Assembly: GCA_035084275.1 (NCBI GenBank)
Contig: CM068755.1
Coordinates: 13,082,001-13,146,000 of the forward strand
Reading direction: 5' to 3'
Length of the DNA: 64,000 nucleotides
Source of the DNA: Hydrolagus colliei
Lineage: Eukaryota
Shown here: in pieces, positions 37,140 through 50,510 of the stretch
How positions within the stretch are numbered: position 1 is the first letter of the stretch
Layout of the letters: every line of letters starts with the position of its first letter
Position numbers and translations under genes: made by a program
The notes under the pieces: model-generated
What the model was told of the DNA's origin: nothing
Seen by the model: the letters and a program-made list of their open reading frames with translations, nothing else
Database searches by the model: none

Positions 37140-37386
37140 GGGCAGTATGTTGTTTACGGTTCCCATCCGTGTTCTTTCTCCAAGAGAGATTGCCAATTAG
37201 TGTTAAACAACAGGCAGTTTTGTGCTGTAGGGCCACTCCCTGTAAGGAATTCGCTCTAGACTGTCCAAACGCATCTGACATTGGATTTTTACAGCTGGCG
37301 GGGAGACTTTCATCCCATCAGTCTGGACAGGATTCAAACCCAAGCCCCATAGGTGAAAGGGCAGTGTACTTATTGAATGTCCACCC
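37140..37386 (-). mobile_element. ancient tRNA-derived SINE of a third family (AmnSINE2/UCON3-like; name uncertain)
   Basis: Reverse complement ctgccctttcacctatggggcttgggtttgaatcc (B box) tgtccagactgatgggatgaaagt...tttggacagtct...cagcacaaaactgcc...cactaattggca. Confidence 0.55.
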
Positions 37387-39464
37387 AATCTCTCATCCTT
37401 CTCATCTCTCCCACTCTCTCTCTCTCTGTCTTTGTCTTTTCTTGTTAGCCTCTTCGTTTTTCAACATCCGCTTTTCCTTGTGCGATTTTCAGTATCTTGT
37501 CTTTATTTTCTCCTATTAAATTTCTCCACTGTGCATTCCTCTGTTTGTCTGTCTTTCATTTCCGCTCAGCCTTTCTCCCTCCAGTGCGCCAATGCATTCG
37601 ATCCAACTCCCACCATGCAAAATGATGAGATCCTTTGTTAAGCTACATCAGTACATAGCTGGGAGCAGCAACCCACTGACATATTTTTCTATATTCTCAC
37701 ATATATGAAATTAACTGCACCAAGTGGGATTGTTTCCTTACCAGCTCCATGTTCTTTGCTTCAGATTTTTTTCCAGTAAATTCTGATGGCACTGATTCCC
37801 ATTTCCAGTCCCGTTAATCATTGCCCACCAAGCATTTAATTTTTGATTGTTATCAATTGCATAATAAGAAAAAAAAATGTATTCTTTATAAAACTTCCCT
37901 GTTGCTCCGTCTATTCAAGAAGATTCATCTCTGAGCTCCATCTACCTTGTGCTCAGTGAGAGACTAACTACTTTCATTCGCCTGATATTTTATCACCTTT
38001 TTCCTCTCCCTTTGATTCCAAGCAGGACAGAAGAGAAGCCTGATTTAGAATAAGATGGTCAGTACCATTAAGGGACAGTTGTAAGAGTTGAGGTTAGTTA
38101 TCTAAGACGCTGCCCCAGGTGAACAGTGCTATATAAAAGTTATTGTGGGTGGATATTTGTATATAGTGGACAGCCATATTTGTGATGAGAAAAATTCCTA
38201 AATGATTTCCATACATTAGCTGGCACTATTTTCTTTAATAATACTGACTGGCTAGAAACTGCACTTAAAAGGTGTTCTTGATTTCTGCCCTTAACTACAG
38301 GGACTGATCAATGCCCGAGTTTGGGAGATGAGTTCCTTCCACTCACAGAATTCAGCAGATGTTTCTTTTTAGTGGGGGAGGCGAGCCCAGAGGCTGCTAG
38401 TACTTTATGTGAACCTGGTTTAATTTAAACATGGTTACCAGACACGATCCCCACCTGGATTTCTTATTTAAGGAATGTCGCATTTCAGACACCAATGACT
38501 GTGAAAGTGGCATCGTTTGCTTTAAATCAATGGACGGAAAATATTTTCTTTCTTTCGAAAAGAAAGCCAAGGATTATATTCTCAGGCAGGGAAAAGCTGT
38601 TGGAGATACATAAAGGAACAAATTTACCGTAAAAATAACTGAGAAGTTCAATACAAAGAATGTCACTGTGGTGCAAGATCAATTCCAAGCACAGAAAATG
38701 TATTAAAAATATTAACAAGTGGAGTACTTTATTACGGTATGAGCTGTACAGAACAAAGCCCTTGCCAAAACACAGTACAATATAATGTAATAAAAAGAAC
38801 AATATTATATTGATTTGTCTGCCATCCCGTTTGATTAATTGACTTCCCTAGTTAATTGCTTAAAGTGTTCTGTCTTACTGCTTGCAATTAAAAGGGAAGC
38901 ACTGCATTTTATTTTCAAAGAGCTCAGGAAATTGAAATAAAACTAGTTGAGTGGCAGGGCAGTACAGGGCAATGCAAGACAATTCTGTAAATGACCACTG
39001 ACAAAAATACGTTAAATACTACATTTGGTTTTGTGTAAGACTTTGTACAGGTGTTTAATAATTCCAAATGGGAGATGAGCATTGATTCACCTATGTTACT
39101 TGGAGACTGAAAGAGCAATGATTCAGGTAATTACTATTGCCATGTTTTCTATATTACTGATATTTTTCAGTGTTACGACTTGCACAAAGCACAAGACCAT
39201 ATCCACAGTGTAATCCAGACATTCGGCAACCTTGCTAGATTTGAGGACGGCAGCAGCCAGGCAACAGAGAGGCTGAGATAAGAATGTATTGATTCTAGTT
39301 TAATTAATCAATCAATCAATCAATCTTTTAATGTTTGTAAATTCAATATATTTCTCAAAATAAATCCAACCTATTACAATCTTTTCAACCACGCCATGCC
39401 TAGTGAATCCCAAATCCCTTTCCAGGATGGTGTCTTATAAGAAGTCAGTCACTTATAAAAATTA

Positions 39465-39620
39465 AATTCCTTAAATTTGATGTAGCCTTTCACGTCAAGA
39501 GGCCATCTCATAGCACCTCAAAGGATGTATTGAGTGTAGTAACTGTGCATTTTGTAGTCAAACACGGTGGCTGATTTGCCCACAGCAGTCTCCAACAAAT
39601 AGCCGTACTGAAGTGAACAG
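39465..39620 (-). mobile_element. Deu-SINE 3' fragment
   Basis: tttgatgtagcctttcacgtc...gtgtagtaactgtgcattttgtag..aaacacggtggctgatttgcccacagcag. Confidence 0.75.
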
Positions 39621-40334
39621 GGACTGAATCCAGTGACAAAGGAAAGTTTGGGCTTGATATGCATTGCAAAATTAAACAACTAACTATAGTATAACACTGA
39701 CGCAGCATTTTATAAAGGATCCAGTCCCTGGTTTGATCTCCAACTAAATCAATGAGCACCATTTAATGAGAATTGGGCTAACTTTTGTTTCTCTTTCCCA
39801 TTTTACTTGTTACCGTTAATATAGCACCAACTCCACTCTATTAATTAACCACCTGATACTTTTTCCTGCATAATTAGGTACCCATTAGTTCTAATCAAGT
39901 AGTTACTTAATTATTTCAGTAATTAGTCTAATGGTCTAGCAAATTGAAGCTTTATCACTTTTGGATACTTAATGTTCTTGGCAAGAAGGATCAGAGGTGT
40001 CAGGATTCTTGCTCTGACAAATCAGGCAGAAAAACTGTTTTAACAAACAGCTGAACTACGGTAAAGAAGGAAAAGCAGAAAGAAAAATACATGTACCTTG
40101 TGACTACCAGGAAATTAATATCTGGTGAAGGATATGAGTATCTGGCCCTTTTTTTCCCTCAACAGTACGGATTACAGTTTGCTTCATTATAAATGTCTTG
40201 TTTTTGACTTGTGCGTGTAACAGGGCTGCTGTACTGCATGTGCCATCTCACTGTGAGGTAATGGTGTCACAGTCCGATGTAGCAAACCTGCACCTAAAAC
40301 AAGTGTGAGCTCCAAAGTGAGTGTCGGTGTCAAG

Positions 40335-40500
40335 ACTGTTTGCGGGACACCGCTGTGCACAATTGGCTGCCGCATTTCGCCCACAAAACAAAGACACTAC
40401 ACTTTACGGTATATCCTGTGAAGCGCTTTGAGATGTCTTAAAGACATGATAAGGTGCTGTATGAAGTACAAGAATTATTATTATTATATACTATTATTAT
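40335..40500 (+). mobile_element. Deu-SINE 3' half
   Basis: ctgtttgcgggacaccgctgtgcacaattggctgccgcatttcgcccaca...ctgtgaagcgctttgagatgtc...(att)n. Confidence 0.88.
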
Positions 40501-41214
40501 AAGAATGTTACAAAAATCTCCATGAGATGTATTACAACCGCATAGAACTCAAAGGGAAAATCTTAACCCTTAATTCTAAAGATCAAACATAACTTTTGAT
40601 TCTGAAAATCTTAAATTCCGAAGATCCATCCACTCACTTTGTTGCATTGACTTTACCACTTTTTATACGAGTACATACCCAAAGAAACTGGCCACGATTT
40701 CAATCGAAACAATTCAGCAGCATTTAAACAATGGCACACATTGCTCTATGATTTAGCTACGAATATATTTATCTCTGTGAAATTGAGAGCGTTTCTGAAT
40801 GCGTGAGGTGTTCACCTTGCCAAAATTGTACCACTCAAAACTCGGGTTAGTGTGAGCAACTAGACTGTTGATTGTGTGGCTGAGCAAACAAGGCTAAAAA
40901 GAAAAAGGAATTATGCTTAACTTTACTGTTGGCACGGCTTGAAATGTAATATACCACAAAGGTTTTTTAGTGTCTGACACATGTAGAAATCCATGCTTAA
41001 CCTATATTAAGAATACCACAAATGCATGGCACCCATGCATTGAAAATGTTCCTGTGTCTGGAATGGAATGCTCATAATCTCTCTGTTTACGTAATTCAGA
41101 GAGTATTAGGACAGAATATTTGTGATATCTCTGTGTATATTTCAATGTTTTATTATAAAAGAAAATCACAGTAATGTTAAAATTATACGTGCGCGTACAT
41201 ACCATTCTTCACAC

Positions 41215-41500
41215 AAACTGATGGATCAGCACGAGAAGGAGTGTGGGAATTGGGGATTTTTATTGCCGAGACTGCAATTATTCTAATTAACAATCAATTA
41301 ATTGACTAATCATTACACAACCAGCGCATACCACACACACACACATATTATACCATTAACTACTCGAGGCCCGGATGGCAATATTGCAATTAGATGTTTT
41401 TTTTGCCATCAGAAATATTGTTTGTGAGAGAGTGGAAAGTGAAATGCATAAAGGAAACGGGGGACATTAATTGCTGTTTGAAATGCAAATATCTCCATCT
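41215..41500. promoter_or_regulatory. putative conserved non-coding element
   Basis: Pbx-Hox type TGATGGAT (41219-26), palindrome tcaattaattga (41294-305), octamer ATGCAAAT (41483-90), dense TAAT cores. Confidence 0.3.
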
Positions 41501-41749
41501 TCCCACATAGATTGATAGACAAAAAGAGCAAATACTGTATATGGAAGTCTATGGAAGTGGAATAATTGTTACGTGTTTCTTTAAAAAGGATGTATTCATA
41601 TTACTGTTATTAATTTAACTATTTTTATTTAATTGTGCTGTGTATATGCTCACAGGTGTATCATAAAGAATAAATCTAAATTATTAGATATAAAATACTT
41701 TAGTAGACGATGAAGGAACCTTTAAATTGAGCTCGCGTGAAGGAATGGT

Positions 41750-42171
41750 AACAACAATAATATTGTTCACTTCATGAGGATTCTCAAAGTGCTTCACAGT
41801 ATATATAGTAAAGGGTACTGCACTGTGCATTTTGAAGGCAAGTGCAGTAGCTAATTTTTACTTGTGCTATTGTTCCACAAATAGCCAAGAAGTGGATGGC
41901 CAATTTTATTTGGGGGATTTTTGGGAATGACGCTGGGAGAAATATCCTCTTATCGAATAGTACAATAGGATCTTTAACCGTTGAACAGGGAGATAGGTCC
42001 TTGGTTTAATGCCTCATCTGAACAACTGTACTTTTAATAATGCAGTGTACTACCAGTACTGCACTGTAGTGTCAGCCTAGACTATGTAAGTTCAGGGTTC
42101 CAACATGGGGCTTCAACCCTCAACGTTCTGACTCAAAACAAGAATGCTGCCAACTGAGCCAAGGCTGACAC
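41750..42171 (-). mobile_element. full-length Deu-domain SINE, family B (SacSINE1-like)
   Basis: Head (reverse complement) tgtcagccttggctcagttggcagcattcttgttttgagtcagaacgttgagggttgaagcccc; ctaggctgacactacagtgcagtactg; gatgaggcattaaaccaagg; L2-type tail. Confidence 0.88.
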
Positions 42172-43818
42172 CTTAAAACATTGAAATGGCACCAAACTCT
42201 CTCACGCTTTAGTGCATCTCAAATTAAAGTTAGCCTCTTCTCAGAGTGTGAGTCAGATAAAATCTGGCATTTCAAAGCAAGGTTCCTTTGCAAAAGATGA
42301 GAGGGACAACAAGATCTGCTCGGAATTGATTTGAAACAGGATGTTTTTTTTCCTGTGAGCCAGTCAGTGAGACACGATGTACTTCCCAACAGAATAGAAG
42401 TTGTGTAACTAATGACAAAATTACATTGATGAGACTTCCTCGTGACTCGTCCTTTCTAAGTATGTCTGCAGTATCTGCCCTGATTAACAAACTCATCTGA
42501 ATCTAACATTTCCCAAGTTTTTCCCCACTGACGAAGGTGAGTGGGTATCGGATCAGCTTATTCCATTATGTTTCCCTCAGGTTTGCAGGAAAGATGTTCT
42601 TGTGTGAATAGCCCAGAGCCGAACAGAGACGCAGAGACACGGTGCTGGCTCCCACCCACCTCTCTCTGCCTTTGTATTAGGGTTACCAGCTGCTGCAGTC
42701 TGAAACACTGAGTGAGAAGCAGGTCACAGCTGATACATTGAGACCCTTACTCTTGGCTCTGCAGCGTTCTCCTCACACAAACAAATACTGCTCCTCCTTG
42801 ACATCTCCTCCCACACCATGTCTCCCCAGCATTCCAGAAAACATTTACAGCCACCTCACGTCGACGCCAGTGGGATTAATGCAATTAATGCGCTCTCTGC
42901 TTCTCCAAATCCTTCCCATATTTGGTGACACATCATTAACAAGATTGCGAGGTTTATCTAATGAACCGGTTTTTAAAAAATAAAACAACACAATCAAATT
43001 CCGTGTACAAGACCACTTTGTCTTACAATTTCAGACCCTGCAGATTTATGAAAAACTCTTGAATTCAGACATATTAAACTTGTTTTTCTTAAATAGAACC
43101 AGCTTCCAAAATGCTGTTCGAAGCTAAATTGAAGTTTCCCCCACATTTTACATTTTAAGACAAAACATGTACAAAGGTGATATTTTTTGGCGCACAGGTA
43201 ATCATGCCAAATACATGGAAGACGCTATATAAATGTAATATTGTTGTTGTTAATATTACTATAATACTGCACTGAACACTAGTTAATTTTTCATATCATT
43301 TAAAGAATGGGAATAACATTTTTTGTAATGAATTTTTATACCTAATTTTTTGGTGTTGTAAAATCCCATATAAGATAGAGGTGTAGTCAACCTGAATTGG
43401 GTGCAGGGCTCAACTGATGTGGAATTGATGTATTGCATCAATGCTACCTGGGCAGTATGCAATGGGGCACAGGTATAGTATCTCTTGTGATAGGTTTCCC
43501 CATTGTAAGGATTTATTGCAGGACTGGTGAGTTAGCCAGGGACTTCACTCAAGGAATTAACGATACCAGCAGAATTTCAATACCTAACCTTTATCTGGAC
43601 TTAGCTCTTTGTACTTACAGGGAATTTGTAGAAAAGGATTCATCATTCACTTTCTCCAGGAACATACTTTTGGATCCATACCTTGTACGATAGGGGTGAG
43701 GCAGTGGAATAGAGCATGACATTTTCGTGATTATAATTGATGCTTTGCCTGATTCCAGATGGTGAGGTGTCATGAAACCAAAATGTTCCTTTTTTAAAAA
43801 AATGCTTGTGTACTTTTA

Positions 43819-44101
43819 AATAATAATAATCCTTGCATTTGATATGGCACTTTTCACTTGATATACTATCAAGTGAATTGACTGTATACTTTGTGGGTAA
43901 AATGCGGCAGCCAAATGCACACCTCAATGTCCCCACAAACAGTCATGGATTGAAATGACCACTTTATTATTTTATTTGGAGGGATTATTATTAGGCATGT
44001 GGAGTAAGGATACCTGCCCAAGGTTTCAGCCTGCCTGGAATTGAAGTCAGGTCTCTCGCTTGTAAGGCAAGTGCTCTAACCACTCAGCTACAGGACTCCA
44101 C
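43819..44101 (-). mobile_element. full-length family A SINE with a deletion in the tail
   Basis: Head (reverse complement) gtggagtcctgtagctgagtggttagagcacttgccttacaagcgagagacc; tail (aat)n ccttgcatttgatatggcac. Confidence 0.9.
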
Positions 44102-44484
44102 GAGAAAGAAGAATTAGGAAATGAGAGAGTTTGTATTTTTAAATAAAACAATTAGGAATCAATAGCACATCCTCGGCAGAGAAAATAATGCCAGAAAGGT
44201 TAATTATTACAGGGCAACCCATCAATGGAATACCTGTCAATAGTGTAATAAACATACATCTGTATGTCTTCTGACACCTGAAGAGTGCACAGCGAATGTC
44301 AACAGTGCTGTACAGCATACAGTATAACAAATAAAATTGTTTCATTTTTAATAATATAGCAATAATCCATTCATTTGATATAGTGCCTTAACACTTTGTG
44401 CTCAGAATATAGTGTAACTTGAATTGACTATCTATTTTGTGGGTGGATTTATGTATATTTAGAGTGGTGTGGGGGTCTAAGACA

Positions 44485-44695
44485 CAGCAGTTTGTAACAG
44501 AATCCTTTAATAAGATCTCTGAATTGCTCCACGAACGACAAATATGACACCTCAACCTATGAAAACTGTTCCAGAACCAGATCAAGTCAAAGTAGAGTTC
44601 CCACAGGTTGGAGTGACATGCTTCTGTTTGATTGGAACGTGTCCCATTCGTAACCCAAGACTTTACTGAAGGATCCAATTAAGGAACTGTCCTGT
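44485..44695. repeat. degenerate palindrome of about 200 bp (old MITE-like element)
   Basis: Left atgacacctcaacctatgaaaact vs reverse complement of right atgtcactccaacctgtgggaact; outer gaatcctttaataagatct vs ggatccttcagtaaagtct. Confidence 0.5.
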
Positions 44696-44799
44696 TTTGT
44701 GGCCATTTGATTCTAACTTCAACAATTGTTTGTAAGAATGCTTCCAAAGTGTGTGTTTGTGCAGCAGATATCTGCCTGGAGATGCAAGCTATAACATGA

Positions 44800-44972
44800 T
44801 GTCTCAAGACCTTCTTCTTTGACCACGCCTTCAGCAATTGTCCCACCCATCTCCCCCTTGCCCTCCACCCCCCTTGATTCCAACATCCTATTCGGGTGGA
44901 AAACCCTTGACTGTCCAGGGGCGTCCTACCGACGTGAAAAGCGCTATTTAAATGCCATCAGTTGTTGTTTTT
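44800..44972 (+). mobile_element. L2 LINE 3' end
   Basis: ctcaagaccttcttctttgaccacgccttc (LKTFFFDHAF), C-rich UTR, cgtcctaccgacgtgaaaagcgctatttaaatg..gttgttgtt. Confidence 0.82.
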
Positions 44973-47564
44973 GATCTACCCAAGTTCAACTGGAGTTTGG
45001 TAGGATTTTGACCAGGGGTATTGCCCAGCAATCGTGAGTCACTGATCGTCTCAGGGTCATTGTGTGCAGCATTGCAACACAGGAAGGTAGTCAGCCAACA
45101 AGAGGGAGGGAAAATTGGCAGGGGTTCCACCTTGGCTCATCGTACAGCTTCCCCTATCAGCTGGCCGCACACACATCCGCCTGTCCTCTCAGCCAGGAGC
45201 CTGTGTGTGTGTGTATGCGCTTGTGTGTGTCTGTGTATCTGTGTGGCCAGGAGGAGACAAATTGGGAAAGATGTGGGGAAGAATGCATTTTCTGTAAAGA
45301 AAAAAAAGAGAACAGAAACCTACAGTGAAACTGATTTGAATCAGTTTCATTTAAACTCGATTGACTTTAATGTCGCACGAGGTCACCAGCAAAATCAATT
45401 TGAATCATTTCAAGTCTGCACAAGAATTGATTTTGATAAAATTAAACTATCATTGTGGGTGGCAGTGGACACTGCAGCAATGTTGTGGCCAAGTTCCAAC
45501 TTATTACAGACTTTAGCGATTGAGTAATAATAATTTTTCACTGCATGCAGCAACTGCTGTATTTTCTATCCATTCTCATTTCTGGACCACGGTTAACAAA
45601 GCCATAAGGAGCTGGTCCCTGTATTTCAATGGAGACTTTTTTTTAATCAAAAATTCCTGATATACCAGAATAATCAGGTTAGCCAGTTATGTTGCGAAAC
45701 AAACATCAGTTGTTATCATTTGCAAATTGGCGTGAGTTTCAATAATGCCCTTTAGTTGACTTCAGTAAGTAACTTGGCACTGAAATAATATTACTAAGAA
45801 TATCTGCCAGGCTTGCATCATCGTCTACTGCCAACTAACCGATACCAGCCCAGGCACCGCATCAGGTATTTATTTGATTCCGAGGCAATCTATTACTACA
45901 CACTCACTTGGAGAGCTTCATTATCTGTGGCACTCGTTAAATGTGGTGCATTGTGGCCATTCACGATCCACTTTTGTCTATTTCCCCAAATCCCAATTGT
46001 GCCTTTCCCAATCTCATGCAATTTGGAAGATTGGCAAGGTTACTGAATGCATGCCCTGGTGTCCAGCTCATTAATACTGGTGTCACTCAGCTTGCACAGA
46101 CATGATATGCAGCTCTGGCATTGAATCTAGACATAAACGCCTGAAATATGACTTTTTGATAAATAGGGTTCTCTAAGGCATGTTGATTCCATAGTTGTGT
46201 TTTTAATGCACAAGTAACCAAATCTAAGTGTGATATTGGTCGAGTGTCAATTGGGATGCAAGGAATTCACACCCAGTCATAATTACAAGTGTGAAAGTGG
46301 CTATACTAAACGCAAGGATTATAATATTATTATATCATGCGTGGCAAACTACACTTTAACTAAGATTTGCTAATTGTGAAACAACTCAGACATTGGTATC
46401 ATTATTCTCAGGTAACAGTATGGATGCCACATAAGCATTGCCAAAGAAGGAAAAAAATGCTTACAGCATAAGTGGTGTTGTCACCTGGTGACGATTCAAA
46501 GACAATGCAAATCTATTCCTTTGGTACTTATGTGGAACTATGATTAAGCAGATGTCAAATGGCCTCTTCACACCCAGCAGGGCACTCCATCTTAGTCCTT
46601 ACAAATGTCGAATTGCGTTGTTGGAGTAGGATTATTTTTAGATTGTGACTAGAAGGAAACAAGAGGGAGTGTGACTGGCGGGTTGCAATTGCTTGCTTGG
46701 AACAGGATTGGATTGGGGTTGGGCCCGGTGTGTACTCATTTCCAGATTTCACTACACTGGAGGCAGACTGACATGGACTGTGCAACACACAACTGACAAA
46801 ACCTCTGTGGACCAGAAGTACATTAGGTAGGAATCCTCAGTTGGGTTGAATAGTTAAATTACACAGCTGATAATAGCCTGGTTTAAACAATTATCACCTA
46901 AATATTAAAATACCATTTTCACTCTTAATTTATAGTTGACCTGCCACTTCTCCTGGGTCTCAGGTGTCCCAATGCATGCAATGCTTGGCTGCCAAGTAGA
47001 CGACCAGCCATCTCACACCTCAATGACTGCAGGCAAACTCTGGAAGCTATCAGGTTGAAACTCGGATCCTAATGATAAACCTACAGGAGCCTTTAGCTGA
47101 TTCAGGAACCCAAGCAGAGCTAATCTTTACAGACACACATCACCGAGAGGATTTGAATTGTGCTGTTCAACTAGGAGACAGCTCCGCACTGTATGAAAGC
47201 CTTCAGAATTGTCTATTGTATCGCCTTTTGTATAATATATTTAATGGAGTTATGCCTAAATTGAAATATTGTCTGCGGTAACAATAGATTTGATCCCGTG
47301 TTGTCATACTCTCTTGTTTTGGGGAGACGTGTGTTTTTGAGGAACGCTGCTCCAAATGAACAACTCATTTCCCCAAATCATGAAAGCAAAATCTTGCAAT
47401 TCCTTTTAGTGCTGCAACAGTGGCGTCACTCTTAAACCGATTAATCAAGGTTGATAAACTTCGAAAACGGCCACTGAAATTGTTTGCACAACACTCCATG
47501 GGGTGCCCGACGAGTAATCTATTGGAGCGACAGAGGAGAACAAGACAAGTGTGTATGGTTGTGT

Positions 47565-47720
47565 CTGAGAGAGAGGGGGAGAGGGAAGGAGAGAGAGAGT
47601 AAGAGAGAGAGAAAGGACGATAAGTAAAAGAAAAGTAAAGGGAAAAACATGAAAAGAAACAATTAAAAATCAATTAGATATAGAGTGGAGGAGTGAGACA
47701 GGAATGTAAAGAAAACAGGC
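47565..47720. repeat. purine-rich low-complexity tract, (GA)n-like
   Basis: gagagagagggggagagggaaggagagagagagtaagagagagagaaagg... Confidence 0.8.
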
Positions 47721-49317
47721 GAATAAAGAAAACCAAACCATAGAGAAGGAATCTCAGTCCAAGATCACAAGGGCAGTTCAGATGAGGAAGGACCTTTGGC
47801 CCATTTGATATTACGGAGAGAAAGAGTGACCAAAAATTGAGAATATTATATTGTAATTTAGAACTAATTCCCGTATTCCTAGTAAACATTAGAAATAAAT
47901 GAGTGACCAAAAGTGCAAGGATCCATGCCAAAATGTAATGAAACTTGTGTCTATATAAATTAATATTTTTTAAAATGGATATGCGAATCTGGAAAAATCT
48001 AATCTATGAGTATTGCTTCGAATGATCTGCTCCACAACAAATAGTCATTCTCCCTGATCAGACAAAAATGTGCCTTCATTGGCACCACATTTGTGGGTTT
48101 GTAGCATAGTCTGCACTCACAATTACCATGAAACACAGAGTGAATGGCAGTATCCTGTATGTGTACCCTGTTGTTTATCATATTAAATACTGTAGTTTCC
48201 TGTACACTAACAGTGTCTAACAGAGGGTCTAACTATGGGCTAACAATTATCTTAATTATATTGTCTCACTTGGAATCAGTGTCATCCTGCTCCATGCCAC
48301 CAATTCCCTCGAAGAATCTAATCTTACAACCTTAATCAACTGGTTTTACACAATACTAAAGATATTATGAAGCTTGCTTGGACTGTACAATCAGTCTAAC
48401 CTCTGATGGAAAGAAAATAAGCATTTGAGTTTTGAGATAAGGACATTCAGGAGCTTAAATACTTGGATCACCAAGTTAGAATAAGACCTTCATTCAACCA
48501 ACCCTTGATCTTCTCGTGATCTTCACATCATCGTGGAAATGAAGACCATTCTTCAATTCAATTTTAATTTGATTTTACGCAATCGTTAAACAAAACATGA
48601 GGAAAAAAACAGCTTCCAAATTGAGACAGAAGAGAAGACATTTTGCACAGTTCTACCCAACATTAGATGTAAGACAAAATGTTCCTAACCAGATAAGATG
48701 AGGTAGAAATTCAATGTCTGATGCCTGAAATCTTCAGCCTGTTTCAGCGGTGATGTGTTGTCACTAGCCAACCTGAGAACATATAAACTGAATTTGGGGT
48801 ACTAAATACCTGCATTGATAACTGCAATTTGGGGATAGACCATTTAATTGGATATAAAAATCGAAGGCATTATACTTGAAGACTAGATTTTTCACAGACC
48901 TACTGCCAGTTTAAGTTGTACAATGAACTGAAATGCTTGATTTATTTTTACAAAAAGAAATCTTCATTGAACTGCTTCATGTCCCAGGTGTCCCCACTCC
49001 TTCACATTCTCATTTTCGTATCAGAACTCCAGGGCTCAAATGCTCTTTAATATACCGCTGGACATTGATTTAAAATTATAGAAATGTATAATGGATAGGC
49101 TCTGTATAATTGCAATAACAATTACCATTAAGTGACTCGGCTCAGGATGTCATCAAGAACGACAACAATACAAGATGAGCTGAACTGCATACCCACAAGT
49201 GTATCACCTCATTATATTAACCTGCCAACAATGTTGCTTTTCACATCCCATTGACAAAGAAACATTTCGATGTAGTGAATCTTCACTAAAATGATCCACA
49301 TTCGGCTTATATCAGAT

Positions 49318-49470
49318 ATCCCTTGTATTTCTATATACTGCCCTAACACAATGTCGAGTTGCCTCAAAACACTTTGTGGGACGTACTGAAGTGGATTTTG
49401 TAGGTGAACGTGGCAGCTAATTTGTGCCAGGCAATATCCCACAAACAGCCAGGAAGTGAATGATCAATTT
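49318..49470 (-). mobile_element. Deu-SINE 3' fragment
   Basis: ccttgtatttctatata...tgtaggtgaacgtggcagctaatttgtgccaggcaatatcccacaaacagccaggaagtgaatga. Confidence 0.78.
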
Positions 49471-50129
49471 GAGAGTGAAGAATGAGCCAAAACCTATCAG
49501 AATAGAACTAATCAAGCAAAAGAAGTCTCTCCGACAAATAATGGTACAATAACAAAATGGCAAGCGTAAGGAAACTTTCATAACATGGTATCGAGTCATG
49601 GACCTTCCACATACAAGAAACAAAAGTGAAAATATATTCCTAGATAACCACTTAAACCAACCAAAGCATCTCAGAAATGTATTCAATAGATAAATATCTA
49701 CATGTATATTTCATCTACCAGTTAATATCTGAGATCTTGCATAATTGATTTACATTCCTGCATTTAAACCCTAAGATTTGATTCACTTCAGCATTAAACA
49801 CACCATCAGACAAGCCATTAAGAAACCTAATCTGCCACCTTTCTCATCAATTTAAACTAACAGATTATCCCTGGTAAATATTTGCCTGGTAAATTATTTG
49901 GTTCCACATCTAAAACAATCGGTGTAATAAGCAAATAGAAAAACAATATTACATTGCTAATGCAACTTTTCTTTCCCGTTGTACCTACAAGCTGAGGATG
50001 TCCGCCAGGGAAGCTGAAAGCTGAAAGGGCTGGATGACGTCTTCCTTTAAACAAAGATGTTTACTTGGGGACCAAATAATATTTATTTATGTATCTAAAC
50101 CGTGAGCTGATCTGAATGCTAATAATGCA

Positions 50130-50510
50130 ACTGGGCTTGGTGGCATAGTGAGTCAAAGCACAGTGCACTACTGTGCCATAGAGAATAGGAAGGTTTGAGG
50201 TTGAACCCCAGGTCTGAGTTAATGTAGCAGCAAGGTTCCTTTGGCTATGCAGAGCAAGCAAGTTGCTGAGATCGTACTCTTGATTGACATCCTGTGAGGT
50301 CCCTTCCCTGTTGGAGAGAGCCCGGATGCCAGGCAAGGACAGAATCGGGTCTGTCTACGATGGTCAATATGAGCGAATAGCCTCCTGAAACTCACTGCCT
50401 AAGAAAGATCACGCCTAAAGAATGGCAACTCAGCCAAGCTGTCAGATGGTTGATTCCCCACCCATTGAGCCATTCTATTTAAGAGAGGGGGGGGGGGAAA
50501 GGGAGAAAAG
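50130..50510 (+). mobile_element. near full-length LF-SINE-like element
   Basis: ctgtgccatagagaataggaagg..ggttgaaccccaggtctg...ggatgccaggcaaggacagaatcggg...cgaatagcctcctgaaactcactgcct...aagaatggcaact, purine-rich 3' end. Confidence 0.65.

Noticed and set aside
42537-42580. mini-intron gtgagt...tttccctcag on the plus strand
   Set aside because: Only 44 nt, below the usual vertebrate minimum, and the flanks give no convincing ORF.
45021-45527. longest ORF in the window (168 aa)
   Set aside because: Starts at TTG, runs through a probable LF-SINE fragment, a (GT)n microsatellite and an A-run, and has no recognisable domain.
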